A stretch of DNA of 64,000 nt. Source: a virus. Taxonomy: Duplodnaviria; Caudoviricetes. The DNA lies in the IMG/VR virus record IMGVR_UViG_3300021960_000017, one strand, 5' to 3'. Below are positions 9,722-19,852 of the stretch, piece by piece. The stretch's first letter is position 1. Every line of letters begins with the position of its first letter. The notes under the pieces were generated by a model. That model did no database searches and was not told the DNA's origin. It saw only the letters and a program-made list of their open reading frames with translations. The position numbers and the translations under genes were made by a program.

Positions 9722-9952
9722 ATGATTTACTCCATATTAGAAAGCAAAATGCGTAACGCCATCGAGCTCGAAGAAAACCGCAATGCTGATGGTAGCATTA
9801 ACTGGAACTTCGTAGATGCTGATTGCTACACGGACCTCATTGATTTCTTTAGAAGCACTACAGATTTCTATGAAGCTTTCAATGACATCGCAGACATAAT
9901 TGAAGCAGAGTTCCCAGTTGATACAGCAGTTCAATTAGAATTTGCTGTATAG
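9722..9952 (+). CDS. Small acidic early hypothetical protein
   Basis: 76 aa downstream of an early promoter. Confidence 0.65.
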   Translation: MIYSILESKMRNAIELEENRNADGSINWNFVDADCYTDLIDFFRSTTDFYEAFNDIADIIEAEFPVDTAVQLEFAV

Positions 9953-9963
9953 GAGGGTAAATA

Positions 9964-10137
9964 ATGTCAAATGTATTTGACACCCAGCCAGGAAAATTGT
10001 TATCCTTGTCACAATTCCAGCGTGAATGGGTTGAGACTGTTGCAAATGAGTCTATAGATAACTTAGACACTGCTGATGTAATTAGCCTAGTTAAAGGCAT
10101 GGAGGAATACTATGGCGCTAGCAACAAAGAAGCGTAA
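9964..10137 (+). CDS. Small hypothetical protein (57 aa; absent from the ORF track)
   Basis: AGGAGG RBS, then MSNVFDTQPGKLLSLSQFQREW...GASNKEA*. Confidence 0.6.
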   Translation: MSNVFDTQPGKLLSLSQFQREWVETVANESIDNLDTADVISLVKGMEEYYGASNKEA

Positions 10138-11254
10138 AAAGACCACTGCTCCTAGGAGGGTTAAAAGTGGGTTTGCTGCCATTGATACAGCACGAGGTTT
10201 CCGTAAGTTTCAACAAATTGCTCACATATATGTTGATAACAAAGAATATGCTCCAATTATAAAAACTTATATTAGAAAAAAGTTTGATAAGAAAACAGCA
10301 CAATCTATTCTTAGCAATCCTGATTACAAATTTGTAAGCAGTAATATTGCTTCTTATTGTTATTACTCTCAACTTGAAAATGTTGATCCAGTGCCAGAAG
10401 AAACAGTGGATTGGATCAATACTAGGTTTGCTAATCTGGTTGAATCAGGTAAGAATGTTGTTGTAGAAAAAGTAAAAGTAGAAAAGGTTAAGGCTCAAGT
10501 TTACAAGCCAAGTATTCAGGAACGCATGGCAGAACAATTAGAAAATATTATTGCTGAAATAGAATCCTGGGTGGACGAACAACCCTCGAGTACCGTTCCT
10601 AAACTATTTGATTACCTAAAGAGCAATAATGTTGCTCAAGCACACATAAACAAAATTCGCAGTTTTTATGAGCCCGTAGCAGCAGAGTATCAGGCCTTAA
10701 CGGAAAAAGACTGTCCAGAGGATCTTAAAGAAGGATACTCACACTATAGCAAAGCAGAAATTAAACAGATAATAAAGTTTTATGAAAGTCTGTTTAGTGA
10801 CTTAGACGCTTATGCTAATCTTAAAAGGGTTTCAAGAGCCACTCGTAAGCCAAGGCTCAAGAGTGCAGACAAACAAGTAGCAAAACTTAAACTTAAAAAG
10901 GACGATGCACGATATAAGATCGTTAGCCTGGATCCCATACAAATTATAGGTGCAAGTGAGCTTTGGATTTTTAATGTAAAAACTCGTAAGTTAGGCAAGT
11001 ATGTAGCACAAAACATTGACCCTACTGGTCTTGCTAGAGAAGGCAGCGGGTTTAGTGTTAAAGGGACTACACTCGTCGGCTTTAATGAAGAGGAGAGTGT
11101 ACAAAAGACACTACGCAAACCTGAAGAACAACTCAAAGAGTTTATGGGTAGCGGTAAAGTAGCATTAAGAAAGTTCTTAGAAAATATCAAGGCTACTGAA
11201 ACTAAAATGAATGGTAGGTTTAACGAACATACAGTACTGCTAAAGGTTTCCTAA
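10112..11254 (+). CDS. Conserved T4-like phage hypothetical protein (Lys-rich)
   Basis: 380 aa with GGAGG RBS. The C-terminal SLDPIQIIGASELWIFNVKTRKLGKY...KGTTLVGF...QKTLRKPEEQL block resembles a family I recall from aquatic T4-like phages. Confidence 0.6.
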   Translation: MALATKKRKKTTAPRRVKSGFAAIDTARGFRKFQQIAHIYVDNKEYAPIIKTYIRKKFDKKTAQSILSNPDYKFVSSNIASYCYYSQLENVDPVPEETVDWINTRFANLVESGKNVVVEKVKVEKVKAQVYKPSIQERMAEQLENIIAEIESWVDEQPSSTVPKLFDYLKSNNVAQAHINKIRSFYEPVAAEYQALTEKDCPEDLKEGYSHYSKAEIKQIIKFYESLFSDLDAYANLKRVSRATRKPRLKSADKQVAKLKLKKDDARYKIVSLDPIQIIGASELWIFNVKTRKLGKYVAQNIDPTGLAREGSGFSVKGTTLVGFNEEESVQKTLRKPEEQLKEFMGSGKVALRKFLENIKATETKMNGRFNEHTVLLKVS

Positions 11255-11278
11255 TAAATACATGATAAGGAAACTCGT

Positions 11279-12037
11279 ATGGCAACAGACTTAACTACTC
11301 TACGCAAAGACATTCAAGACTACATTTACCTACGCTTAGGTGGCGATATGGTTGATGTAGAACTGGATCCTGCACACTATAATATGTGCATAAACAAGGC
11401 AGTTGAGCGTTATCGTCAAAGAGCAATGGCGAGTACTGAAAGTAGTTATGTATTTTTAGGTCTAGTAGAAGATCAGCAAGAGTATGTACTACCAGATGAA
11501 ATACAAGAGGTTAGACAAGTTTTCCGCCGTAGTGTAGGCAGTGGAACAAGCGATACTGGTACACAGTTTGAACCTTTTGAAGCAGCCTTCGTTAACACCT
11601 ATCTGTTACAAGCAGGACGTGTTGGCGGCCAAGCAACCTACGAAATGTACTACCAGTACCAGGAACTTAGTGCAAGATTGTTTGGTGGGTTTGTTAATTT
11701 TGACTGGAACCACGTAACAAAAACTCTTACACTTTTGCGTAAATTCAATGCAAGTGGCGAGCAAGTCGTGCTTTGGGTTTATAATACAAGACCAGAACAG
11801 AGACTACTGCAAGACAGTTATGTAAAGCCCTGGATTAAAGATTATAGCCTTGCAATGGCCAAGTATACACTAGGTGAAGCTCGTAGTAAGTTTAGCACTA
11901 TTGCTGGTCCACAAGGTGGTACAAGCCTAAATGGTGACACACTTAAAGCAGAAGCCCAGGGCGAAATGCAGGTGTTAGAAGAAGAACTAAAGAACTTCGT
12001 AGACGGTTCAGATCCACTATCATTTATTATTGGCTAA
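11279..12037 (+). CDS. gp13: Neck protein/head-tail adaptor (T4 gp13-like)
   Basis: DYIYLRLGGDMVDVELD and WIKDYSLAMAKYTLGEARSKF...GGTSLNG motifs. ATAAATA at 11254-11260. Confidence 0.75.
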   Translation: MATDLTTLRKDIQDYIYLRLGGDMVDVELDPAHYNMCINKAVERYRQRAMASTESSYVFLGLVEDQQEYVLPDEIQEVRQVFRRSVGSGTSDTGTQFEPFEAAFVNTYLLQAGRVGGQATYEMYYQYQELSARLFGGFVNFDWNHVTKTLTLLRKFNASGEQVVLWVYNTRPEQRLLQDSYVKPWIKDYSLAMAKYTLGEARSKFSTIAGPQGGTSLNGDTLKAEAQGEMQVLEEELKNFVDGSDPLSFIIG

Positions 12038-12064
12038 TACACACAAACTTGTTATAATATAGAC

Positions 12065-12685
12065 ATGATTATAGGACTTGTAGGACTTATTAGTTCAGGA
12101 AAAGGCACTGTAGGCGATATGCTTATAGAGCGTGGATTTGTGCAGGCTAGTTTTGCATCGCCGCTAAAAGATGCAGCCGCAAGTATTTTTAATTGGGATA
12201 GAGAACTACTAGAAGGAGCAACTTCAGAAAGTAGAGTGTGGCGTGAAGTTGTAGATCCATGGTGGTCTGAACGATTAAATATTCCAGATTTTAGTCCTCG
12301 TTTAGCACTACAACTTTTGGGCACAGAAGTATTTCGCAATCATTTCCATCAGGACACCTGGATACTCAGTATGGAAGCCAGGTTACGTGATGCAAAGCAT
12401 GATGTTGTAATCACAGATGCACGGTTTCCTAATGAAATAAACATGATTCGTAGACAGGGCGGTGTAGTTGTACGAGTGAAACGAGGCGTTGACCCAGAAT
12501 GGTTTAGGTTAGCAGAGCGTGATCCTGCTAGTATGCCCCAAGTTTATCCAGAAGTACATGCCAGTGAGTATAGTTGGTGCAGTATTACACCCAACTATCT
12601 TATTACTAATGATAGTACACTAGAAGACTTACAAGAAACAGTTACAGATCTTCTTCAAGATCTCCTTGCGTCCAACCAGTCCTAG
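12065..12685 (+). CDS. Deoxynucleoside monophosphate kinase (T4 gp1-like)
   Basis: MIIGLVGLISSGKGT P-loop, SFASPLKD, RLALQLLGTE and VVITDARFPNE. Confidence 0.85.
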   Translation: MIIGLVGLISSGKGTVGDMLIERGFVQASFASPLKDAAASIFNWDRELLEGATSESRVWREVVDPWWSERLNIPDFSPRLALQLLGTEVFRNHFHQDTWILSMEARLRDAKHDVVITDARFPNEINMIRRQGGVVVRVKRGVDPEWFRLAERDPASMPQVYPEVHASEYSWCSITPNYLITNDSTLEDLQETVTDLLQDLLASNQS

Positions 12686-12983
12686 ATAGTTCATAATTAC
12701 AATTAAGACAAACAGTGCGTAAATTTTTTACATTTATGTGCTGTTGATTTCTGTCTATGCTGTAAACAGTTAGTTGCTCCGACATTATAGGCTTAAACCC
12801 ACACTTCTCACAAGTAGTCTTCTTTTTATAACCTGCTAGTTGCCATCTAGACTGTGTATGTAATTTTTTCTTTGCTGCAATTTTGTGACAACTTTCACAT
12901 AATTTCCTATAGTAAACTTTTCCCTTTAGGTGATAATTTACTGCTCTAGGATTGATTTTGCAGTTATTACATACAGGCCTCAT
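12642..12983 (-). CDS. Zinc-finger/degenerate HNH-like protein
   Basis: Four CxxC pairs. TVYSIDRNQQHINVKNLRTVCLNC resembles HNH (HxDGN...NL..LCxNC) but lacks the first His. Confidence 0.55.
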   Translation of the reverse strand: MRPVCNNCKINPRAVNYHLKGKVYYRKLCESCHKIAAKKKLHTQSRWQLAGYKKKTTCEKCGFKPIMSEQLTVYSIDRNQQHINVKNLRTVCLNCNYELSRTGWTQGDLEEDL

Positions 12984-13084
12984 ATGCTATTTATTAATGA
13001 ACCTTTAAAGGGATGTCCTAATACCAGTGTTTCTACTGCATTATAATAAATACTATAAAGAAATTCTTTGCAAAGGAATAAAAC

Positions 13085-16000
13085 ATGGCATTAGTATCTC
13101 CAGGCGTAGAGGTTACAGTAATTGACGAAAGCAACTATGTTGCTAACGAGGCCGGCACAGTTGCCGCAATTATAGTAGCTACAGCACAGGACAAAACAGC
13201 AGGCAGTGGTAGTGGTACTGCCGCTGGAACAACAGCCGCTAACGCAGGCAAAACATACTTAATTAGTAGTCAAAGAGATTTGGTTACTACATTCGGTAAT
13301 CCATTATTTTACAAAAGCGCAGCAGGCACACCAATTCATGGTTATGAAATTAACGAGTACGGCCTTATGGCTGCATATAGTTTACTTGGTGTAAGCAATA
13401 GAGCTTATGTAACAAGAGCAAACATTGACCTAGCTCAACTTTCAAATTCAACAAGTAGACCACTAGGAACTCCAAGCAGCAATACAATTTGGTTAGACAC
13501 TGGCGCTGACACACGCTGGGGTATTTTTGAATGGAGCAAAACAGCAGGAACATTTACTAATAAAGTTCCTACAGTAATCACAAGCACAAGTGATTTGACA
13601 GGCGGCGTTCCAAAGACAAGTATTGGTGCTGTCGGAGATTATGCTATTGTCGCAACTAATGCAAGCAATCCAGGCTACTACAAAAACCGTAGTAATTCAT
13701 GGGTTTTAATTGGTAGTGCAAGTTGGCAAAATTCACATGCAACTATTGCAGGTACAGCGGCTAGCCCAACATTAACAAATGGTAACAGCATTAGTATTAA
13801 CGGCACAACAGTTACTCTTACAGGCACAACAGTTACACAATTAGCAGCAGATATAAATACACAGGCAATTACAGGTGTTACAGCTGGTGTACAAAGCAAC
13901 AAGATAGAAATTTATGCTACAAGCAGTGCAGCAAGTGATGGTTCCACAACAGATGGTAAGATACTTCTTGCTAATGGTTCTGGTACTATCCTAACTGATA
14001 CTGGTATGACTGCTGGTACATATGCATGTCCACTTGTTCAACAAAGTCAACATTATAGTGTTCCTGAATGGAAGACTACAGATAGTGTACCACGTCCAAA
14101 TGGTAGTGTTTGGGTTAAGACAACAGCAACAAATACAGGCGCATCTTTTGATGTAAGTGTTTATAGTACTACAACATCAGCATTTGTATCTCAAAGTGTT
14201 TCACTTTATGAAAACGATCGTACAGCTAATAAAAACTTAGATTCTACAGGCGGCAAGGCTATTGCAGTTGGTGCATTTTATGTTCAGTACGATGTTACTG
14301 AAAATGACACAGTAACATATAAACTTTTCCGTAGATATGCAACTGGTCAACTAGAGGTTACTGGTAATATTAATACAGCAAACCCATTAACATCAAGTGA
14401 ATCATTTACAATTCAGGCAAGTGCAGCCAACAGTACAGCATTAACTAGCGCAGTAACAGTTACACTTAGCGGTACTGCATTAGCAGATATGGCAAGTGAC
14501 ATTAACGGCGCAAATGTTGCTAATGTTAGTGCGGAAGTTACAAGTGATGGTTACTTAAAAATTAAACATGCCCTTGGTGGTGTAATTGTTCTTAAAGACA
14601 CAAGTGGTACCCCATTAGTAGATGCAGGCATTGTAACCGGCATCACAACAGGCCAAGTAAGAGCAGGCAATAGTAGTAACATTATCCTAAGTAACTGGGT
14701 TGCTCCAACACACACTGCAAACTCAACTCAGCCAAGCAGTGATCCAGCAGACAACAGATACTGGTACCATGGTGGCACAGAGGCTGACATCCTTATCAGT
14801 GACGGTAGTAACTGGAAAGGTTATCAAAACGTAACCAATGATGCACGTGGCTTTAATCTAGCTAATACAAGTCCAGATGGTGTAATTTTTAGCGCATCTG
14901 AACCTACTACACAGAGCGATGAAACTGCTCTAGTAGTTGGTGATTTGTGGCTTGACACTAGTGATTTAGAAAACTATCCAAAACTTTATCGTTACCAAAC
15001 AGTAAGCGGTGAAAATCGTTGGGTATTAATAGATAATACAGATCAAACAACAGAAAATGGTATACTATTTGCTGACGCTCGCTTTATGGGCGACACATCA
15101 ACTGATGTTGTAACAGGTACTATTCCAACAACAAAGAGTTTGCTAACAAGCAATACTGTTGATATTGATGCACCAGACGCAACATTATATCCAAGAGGTA
15201 TGCTACTTTTCAACACACGCAGAAGCAGTTACAATGTTAAGCAGTTCCGCAAAAATTACTTTAGTAGAACGAACTTTAGCGATACAACACTTTACCCAAC
15301 ACTTCCAACAGAAAAGGATGCATGGGTAACAGCAAGCGGTAACCGCAACGACGGTAGTGCATATATGGGCCGCAAAGCAGTTCGCCAAGTTGTAACAGCA
15401 GCAATGAAAGCAGCTATTGACGGTAGTGAAGAGCTTAGAGAAGACTCAAGAAACTTCAACATTATTGCAGCACCAGGTTATCCAGAGCTCATTAGCAACA
15501 TGGTAAGCCTAAACAATGACAGACGCAATACAGCATTTGTTGTTGCTGATACAAGCATGAGATTGGCTGCTACAGGCACCGCAATACAAAACTGGGCAAG
15601 TAATGCTGGTAATGCAGGCGGAGATGGAGAAGACGGCTTAGTAACTGCTGATCCATATCTTGGTGTATTTTATCCAGCAGGCCAAACAAATGACCTAAGT
15701 GGTAATACTATTACAGTTCCAGCAAGTCACATGATGCTAAGAGCTATTAGCAGAAGTGATGATCAGAGCTTCCCATGGTTAGCACCAGCTGGTAGCAGAC
15801 GTGGCCTTGTAGACAATGTAAGCAGTATTGGTTACATTAATAGTGCAACAGGCGAGTTTGTAGTTGATAACATTAGAGAAAGTTTGCGTGATACACTTTA
15901 TAGCAATAAAGTTAACCCAATTACTTTCTTTAACGGAACAGGAATCCTAAACTACGGCAACAAGACTAGAGCAACTACAGCAAGTGCACTAGACCGCATT

Positions 16001-16333
16001 AATGTAGCAAGACTTGTAGCATATCTCCGTAGACAATTACAGGCAACTGCTATAGGTTTTGTGTTTGAACCAAACGACAAAATTACACGCGATGAACTCA
16101 AACAACAAGTTGAGCAGTTAATGAATGATCTTGTACAAAAGCGTGGCATTTACGATTACTTGGTAGTTTGTGATGAAACAAACAATACACCAACAAGAAT
16201 TGATCGTAACGAACTATATGTTGACATTGCTATTGAACCAGTTAAGGCTGCGGAATTTATTTACATTCCAATTAGACTTAAGAATACAGGCGAGATAGAA
16301 GGCGGCAACGTAGCCAGTGCAAATGCTGTTTAA
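13085..16333 (+). CDS. gp18: Contractile tail sheath protein (T4 gp18-like) with large insertions
   Basis: MALVSPGVEVTVIDES N-terminus. C-terminal sheath domain with WLAPAGSRRG, LYSNKVNPI, SALDRINVARL, VFEPND and IDRNEL. ATAAATA at 13046-13052. Confidence 0.95.
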   Translation: MALVSPGVEVTVIDESNYVANEAGTVAAIIVATAQDKTAGSGSGTAAGTTAANAGKTYLISSQRDLVTTFGNPLFYKSAAGTPIHGYEINEYGLMAAYSLLGVSNRAYVTRANIDLAQLSNSTSRPLGTPSSNTIWLDTGADTRWGIFEWSKTAGTFTNKVPTVITSTSDLTGGVPKTSIGAVGDYAIVATNASNPGYYKNRSNSWVLIGSASWQNSHATIAGTAASPTLTNGNSISINGTTVTLTGTTVTQLAADINTQAITGVTAGVQSNKIEIYATSSAASDGSTTDGKILLANGSGTILTDTGMTAGTYACPLVQQSQHYSVPEWKTTDSVPRPNGSVWVKTTATNTGASFDVSVYSTTTSAFVSQSVSLYENDRTANKNLDSTGGKAIAVGAFYVQYDVTENDTVTYKLFRRYATGQLEVTGNINTANPLTSSESFTIQASAANSTALTSAVTVTLSGTALADMASDINGANVANVSAEVTSDGYLKIKHALGGVIVLKDTSGTPLVDAGIVTGITTGQVRAGNSSNIILSNWVAPTHTANSTQPSSDPADNRYWYHGGTEADILISDGSNWKGYQNVTNDARGFNLANTSPDGVIFSASEPTTQSDETALVVGDLWLDTSDLENYPKLYRYQTVSGENRWVLIDNTDQTTENGILFADARFMGDTSTDVVTGTIPTTKSLLTSNTVDIDAPDATLYPRGMLLFNTRRSSYNVKQFRKNYFSRTNFSDTTLYPTLPTEKDAWVTASGNRNDGSAYMGRKAVRQVVTAAMKAAIDGSEELREDSRNFNIIAAPGYPELISNMVSLNNDRRNTAFVVADTSMRLAATGTAIQNWASNAGNAGGDGEDGLVTADPYLGVFYPAGQTNDLSGNTITVPASHMMLRAISRSDDQSFPWLAPAGSRRGLVDNVSSIGYINSATGEFVVDNIRESLRDTLYSNKVNPITFFNGTGILNYGNKTRATTASALDRINVARLVAYLRRQLQATAIGFVFEPNDKITRDELKQQVEQLMNDLVQKRGIYDYLVVCDETNNTPTRIDRNELYVDIAIEPVKAAEFIYIPIRLKNTGEIEGGNVASANAV

Positions 16334-16346
16334 GGCATAAGAAAAG

Positions 16347-16390
16347 CATGAAATTATGGGGTAGACTCAAAGTTTGCCCCATTTTTCATG
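16347..16390 (+). terminator. Hairpin (terminator or processing site) between sheath and tube genes
   Basis: ATGGGGTAGAC-tcaaa-GTTTGCCCCAT, with outer CATGAAA/TTTCATG pairing and a T-run. Confidence 0.6.
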
Positions 16391-16432
16391 ACCACTTTCA
16401 GATAAATATTATTATATTAAGGAGGCAGACAT

Positions 16433-17050
16433 ATGTCAGTTTCATCACTATTAAAATTTACTGTACCTTTAGACAGTGATCAGTCAGCAAATGCACAAGG
16501 CTTGTTAATGCCTAAGCTCCAATATCGCTTCCGTGCAATGTTTGAAAATCTTGGCGTGTCTACTCCACGTACAGAATTAACAAAGCAGGTAATGGATATT
16601 ACTCGCCCTAGCGTAACATTTGAAGAAATGGAAATACCAGTTTACAATAGCCGTGTTTACCTAGCAGGCAAACATGTATGGGATATGTGCACAGTCAATT
16701 TCCGCGATGATGTAAATGGTAGTGTAACAAGACTACTTGGTGAACAGATTCAAAAGCAATTTGATGTTATGGAACAAGCCAGTGCCGCAGCAGGTATTGA
16801 CTACAAATTTATTACAAGATTCGAAATACTTGATGGTGGTAATGGAGCAAGTGCAGCCAACGTTCTAGAAACTTGGGAACTATATGGTTGCTTCCTTCAG
16901 AATGTTAACTATAACACCCTTGCTTATGCAAGCAACGAACCAGTAACTATTACTGCAAGTATACGTTTTGATAACGCAGTGCAAACACCAATTGGTGATG
17001 GTGTAGGTGCGACAGTTGCAAGAAACCTAGGACAAACAGTAACAGGTTAA
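16433..17050 (+). CDS. gp19: Tail tube protein (T4 gp19-like)
   Basis: PKLQYRFR...YLAGKHVW...FRDD...W.LYGCF...I.FDNA tube signature. Directly after the sheath gene. AAGGAGG RBS. Confidence 0.9.
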   Translation: MSVSSLLKFTVPLDSDQSANAQGLLMPKLQYRFRAMFENLGVSTPRTELTKQVMDITRPSVTFEEMEIPVYNSRVYLAGKHVWDMCTVNFRDDVNGSVTRLLGEQIQKQFDVMEQASAAAGIDYKFITRFEILDGGNGASAANVLETWELYGCFLQNVNYNTLAYASNEPVTITASIRFDNAVQTPIGDGVGATVARNLGQTVTG

Positions 17051-17076
17051 TTACTAATTAATCATTACGCATTAAG

Positions 17077-17098
17077 CCTCCCGCAAGGGAGGTTTTTT
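17077..17098 (+). terminator. Rho-independent terminator
   Basis: CCTCCC-gcaa-GGGAGG-TTTTTT. Confidence 0.9.
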
Positions 17099-17149
17099 GT
17101 TATAATAGCATATATTTTTTAGGATAAATACATTATATGGAGTAAATCT

Positions 17150-18544
17150 GTGGCTAGTGTCAATGTTTTATTAAATGCTATATCTAAAGGAGATCACATA
17201 AGAGATTTCCAACATGCATCTAGATTGTTTGTGGATAATAACTATGAGTTGCAACCACGATATTCTCATCTATTTCATGTTGTTTTTAATTTAACTCCTC
17301 AAGCAGCAGCACTATTTGATAATCAAGAAAAACTTGAAATTAACATGCTAGTAAAAAGCATTGATTTGCCTAGTTTTAATTTTGATGTGCAAACACATAA
17401 TCAATATAACAGACAAGTACATACTCAACATAAATTAAATTATAATCCTGTAACTGTAACATTTCATGATGATCAAAAGGATATTATAAGAAGTTTGTTA
17501 CACACTTATGCAAGTTATCACTATGCAGACTCCAGATATGCCCTAGGCGGTAAGTCTTACAATACTAATGACAGGTACTTTAATCATAACGGTGACAGTT
17601 ATGGTTTAGCAACAGGCCAGCAAAGATTTTTTAAAGATATTAGAGTATATAGTATGTTGCAAAAAAGATTTGCAGAGTATATTCTAATTAATCCTATTAT
17701 TAATGCATTTGGCCATGACAACCATAGTTATGCAAATAGCGGATTTATGCAACATACGATGCAAATTAACTATGAAACTGTAAAGTATGCAACAGGTTTT
17801 GTTAACAATGTTACACCCAAAGGCTTTGGGGAAGTACATTATGATAAAACACCTAGTCCACTTGGAGTATTTGGTGCTGGATTTGAAGATAGCATATTCT
17901 TTAGAGGTGGACTAATAGAAGCAATCAACACTGTTGCCCGAGATGTTGCTAGTGGAAACATACTCGGAGCAATAGCAAAAGGTGCTATAATCTTTAATAA
18001 TACCAAAGATGCAAACTTGGGTCAAGTTTTGGAAAAAGACCTTACAAGAGTTTTGGGTAGCGTTTTGCGTGGAAATAATCCACTTAGTGATGTAATACTA
18101 CCTACTATATTTGGTGCAGATAATATTATAAGAAACACTGTTGGTATAGGGGGTGATAGAATAGGTGGTACAGGTGCTCCTGTGGATAGAAATGTTAATG
18201 CCGGAACTTCATCTATTGTAACCAGTAATAGTGGTAATGTTACTAGTGGTTTGTTTAGTGGCGTTAGCAATATAATAAACGATCCTCTTAGTTTTGGCAG
18301 CGGTATATTTAATCCAAGCACTACTAGAAGTCCTGGCAGTCCTAGATTTTTAAGCGACGGAGTAGCAGCAAATACAGCGCCAGGAGTATCTGAATCAAAA
18401 GATAAAAAACTTTCCTTCTTAACAGATCGTATAAATCAATTAAACACACAAATAAACAATGCTAGTGCTGGGCAAGATGTTACCTTTGTAACAAAAGAAA
18501 GAGACGATCTAATTCAACGCAGGAATTTAGAATTTAACATATAA
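17150..18544 (+). CDS. Tube-fold baseplate/tail-tube junction protein (gp54/gp19-like)
   Basis: LVKSIDLPSFNFDVQTHNQYNR...YNPVTVTFHDD tube-fold motif plus a Gly/Ser/Asn-rich tail. GTG start. ATAAATA at 17124-17130. Confidence 0.6.
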   Translation: MASVNVLLNAISKGDHIRDFQHASRLFVDNNYELQPRYSHLFHVVFNLTPQAAALFDNQEKLEINMLVKSIDLPSFNFDVQTHNQYNRQVHTQHKLNYNPVTVTFHDDQKDIIRSLLHTYASYHYADSRYALGGKSYNTNDRYFNHNGDSYGLATGQQRFFKDIRVYSMLQKRFAEYILINPIINAFGHDNHSYANSGFMQHTMQINYETVKYATGFVNNVTPKGFGEVHYDKTPSPLGVFGAGFEDSIFFRGGLIEAINTVARDVASGNILGAIAKGAIIFNNTKDANLGQVLEKDLTRVLGSVLRGNNPLSDVILPTIFGADNIIRNTVGIGGDRIGGTGAPVDRNVNAGTSSIVTSNSGNVTSGLFSGVSNIINDPLSFGSGIFNPSTTRSPGSPRFLSDGVAANTAPGVSESKDKKLSFLTDRINQLNTQINNASAGQDVTFVTKERDDLIQRRNLEFNI

Positions 18545-18555
18545 GGTATTACTCT

Positions 18556-18924
18556 ATGGCTCAAGATACTAGTTTACCACTTATAACCATTAATGATGAT
18601 ATAGACAAAAAAGTAAATGACTTTTTTGATACTTACTTTTCTCCAAACGCAAAAATAAATGAAAACGATTATGAACTTGTGAAAAGTTTTTGCGTTAACA
18701 GGACTAGTAATACCGACAGTGCTGCTGCTCTTACGGCAGCAATTATTAATTGTATAAACGAATTAAATCTATATGCGACAGATGTTATAGACCAATTTAA
18801 AACAAATTCAGATCCTAATACTATACCATTGTTCTTAAATCTAAGCAGAAAAGGTGTAAGTTTGTTAGGTTATAAAAATGCAAAAATTACACCTTCACGA
18901 GTCAAACAACAGGTTATAACCTAA
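18556..18924 (+). CDS. Hypothetical protein (tail module)
   Basis: 122 aa, co-oriented within the late operon. Confidence 0.6.
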   Translation: MAQDTSLPLITINDDIDKKVNDFFDTYFSPNAKINENDYELVKSFCVNRTSNTDSAAALTAAIINCINELNLYATDVIDQFKTNSDPNTIPLFLNLSRKGVSLLGYKNAKITPSRVKQQVIT

Positions 18925-19358
18925 TGGCTAACTGGGCAAATGGCATATATGAAGTAGTAAATGCTGAAAAATATGCAGGTAATCGCAAGCCACGCTACAG
19001 AAGTAGTTGGGAACATGCCTTTATGCGTTTTGCAGACAATCACCCTAGTGTAGTAAGTTGGGCTAGTGAAGCAGTCCAAATACCTTACCGGAACCCTCTT
19101 ACAGGCAAACAAAGTGTTTATGTTCCAGACTTTCTTATTGTATACCAAAATAAAAGCGGCAGCAAAAGAGCAGAACTTATAGAAGTCAAACCCGCAAGTC
19201 AAACTAGACTTACAGACAAAACAAGACCACAGGAAAAACTACAGATTGCACTAAACCATGCCAAGTGGGAAGCCGCAGCAAAATGGTGTAGACTAAAAGG
19301 ACTTAATTTTAGGATTATTAATGAGTCTGATATTTTCCACAGTGGTAAAAAACGCTAA
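18924..19358 (+). CDS. gp4: Head completion nuclease (T4 gp4/TnsA-like PD-(D/E)xK)
   Basis: YRSSWE, WASE...IPY, YVPDF and LIEVKP. Confidence 0.85.
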   Translation: MANWANGIYEVVNAEKYAGNRKPRYRSSWEHAFMRFADNHPSVVSWASEAVQIPYRNPLTGKQSVYVPDFLIVYQNKSGSKRAELIEVKPASQTRLTDKTRPQEKLQIALNHAKWEAAAKWCRLKGLNFRIINESDIFHSGKKR

Positions 19359-19366
19359 GTAAATGT

Positions 19367-19840
19367 ATGACAAAAAAACTTGAATCCCTATTTGACTTGC
19401 CAGAAATTGACGAGGAACCTAAAGAAACAGAGACAACTGCAAAAGATGTTCCTGTATTAAAAGATACACTAGAAGCTGTAGACAAAATAGACGCAGCATT
19501 GCCAACTATCAGAGACCTTGAGACAAGCGATAGAGAGCTAGACGAAATAGCAGATACAGCAAAGCAAACATTTCAGGATCTAATGGATCTTGGTATGAAT
19601 GTAGAAGCACGCTTTGCTGGAGAAATATTTAACAATGCAAGTAAGATGCTAGACACTGCTCTTACTGCAAAAACAAACAAGATAAACAAAAAACTTAAAA
19701 TGGTAGAGTTACAGCTTAAAAAAGCAAATCTAGACCTAAAAAAGAGTGATGTAAGTTATGGTCAAGACATAAGTGACGGTGATGGCGTGGTACTAGACAG
19801 AAATACACTACTACAGGAAATTTTAAGTAAAAATAGCTAA
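19367..19840 (+). CDS. Putative terminase small subunit (gp16-like)
   Basis: Helical 157-aa protein with DLMDLGMNVEARFAGEIFNNASKML and a coiled coil, reminiscent of gp16. Lies in the packaging region. Confidence 0.45.
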   Translation: MTKKLESLFDLPEIDEEPKETETTAKDVPVLKDTLEAVDKIDAALPTIRDLETSDRELDEIADTAKQTFQDLMDLGMNVEARFAGEIFNNASKMLDTALTAKTNKINKKLKMVELQLKKANLDLKKSDVSYGQDISDGDGVVLDRNTLLQEILSKNS

Positions 19841-19852
19841 ATATACAATAGG

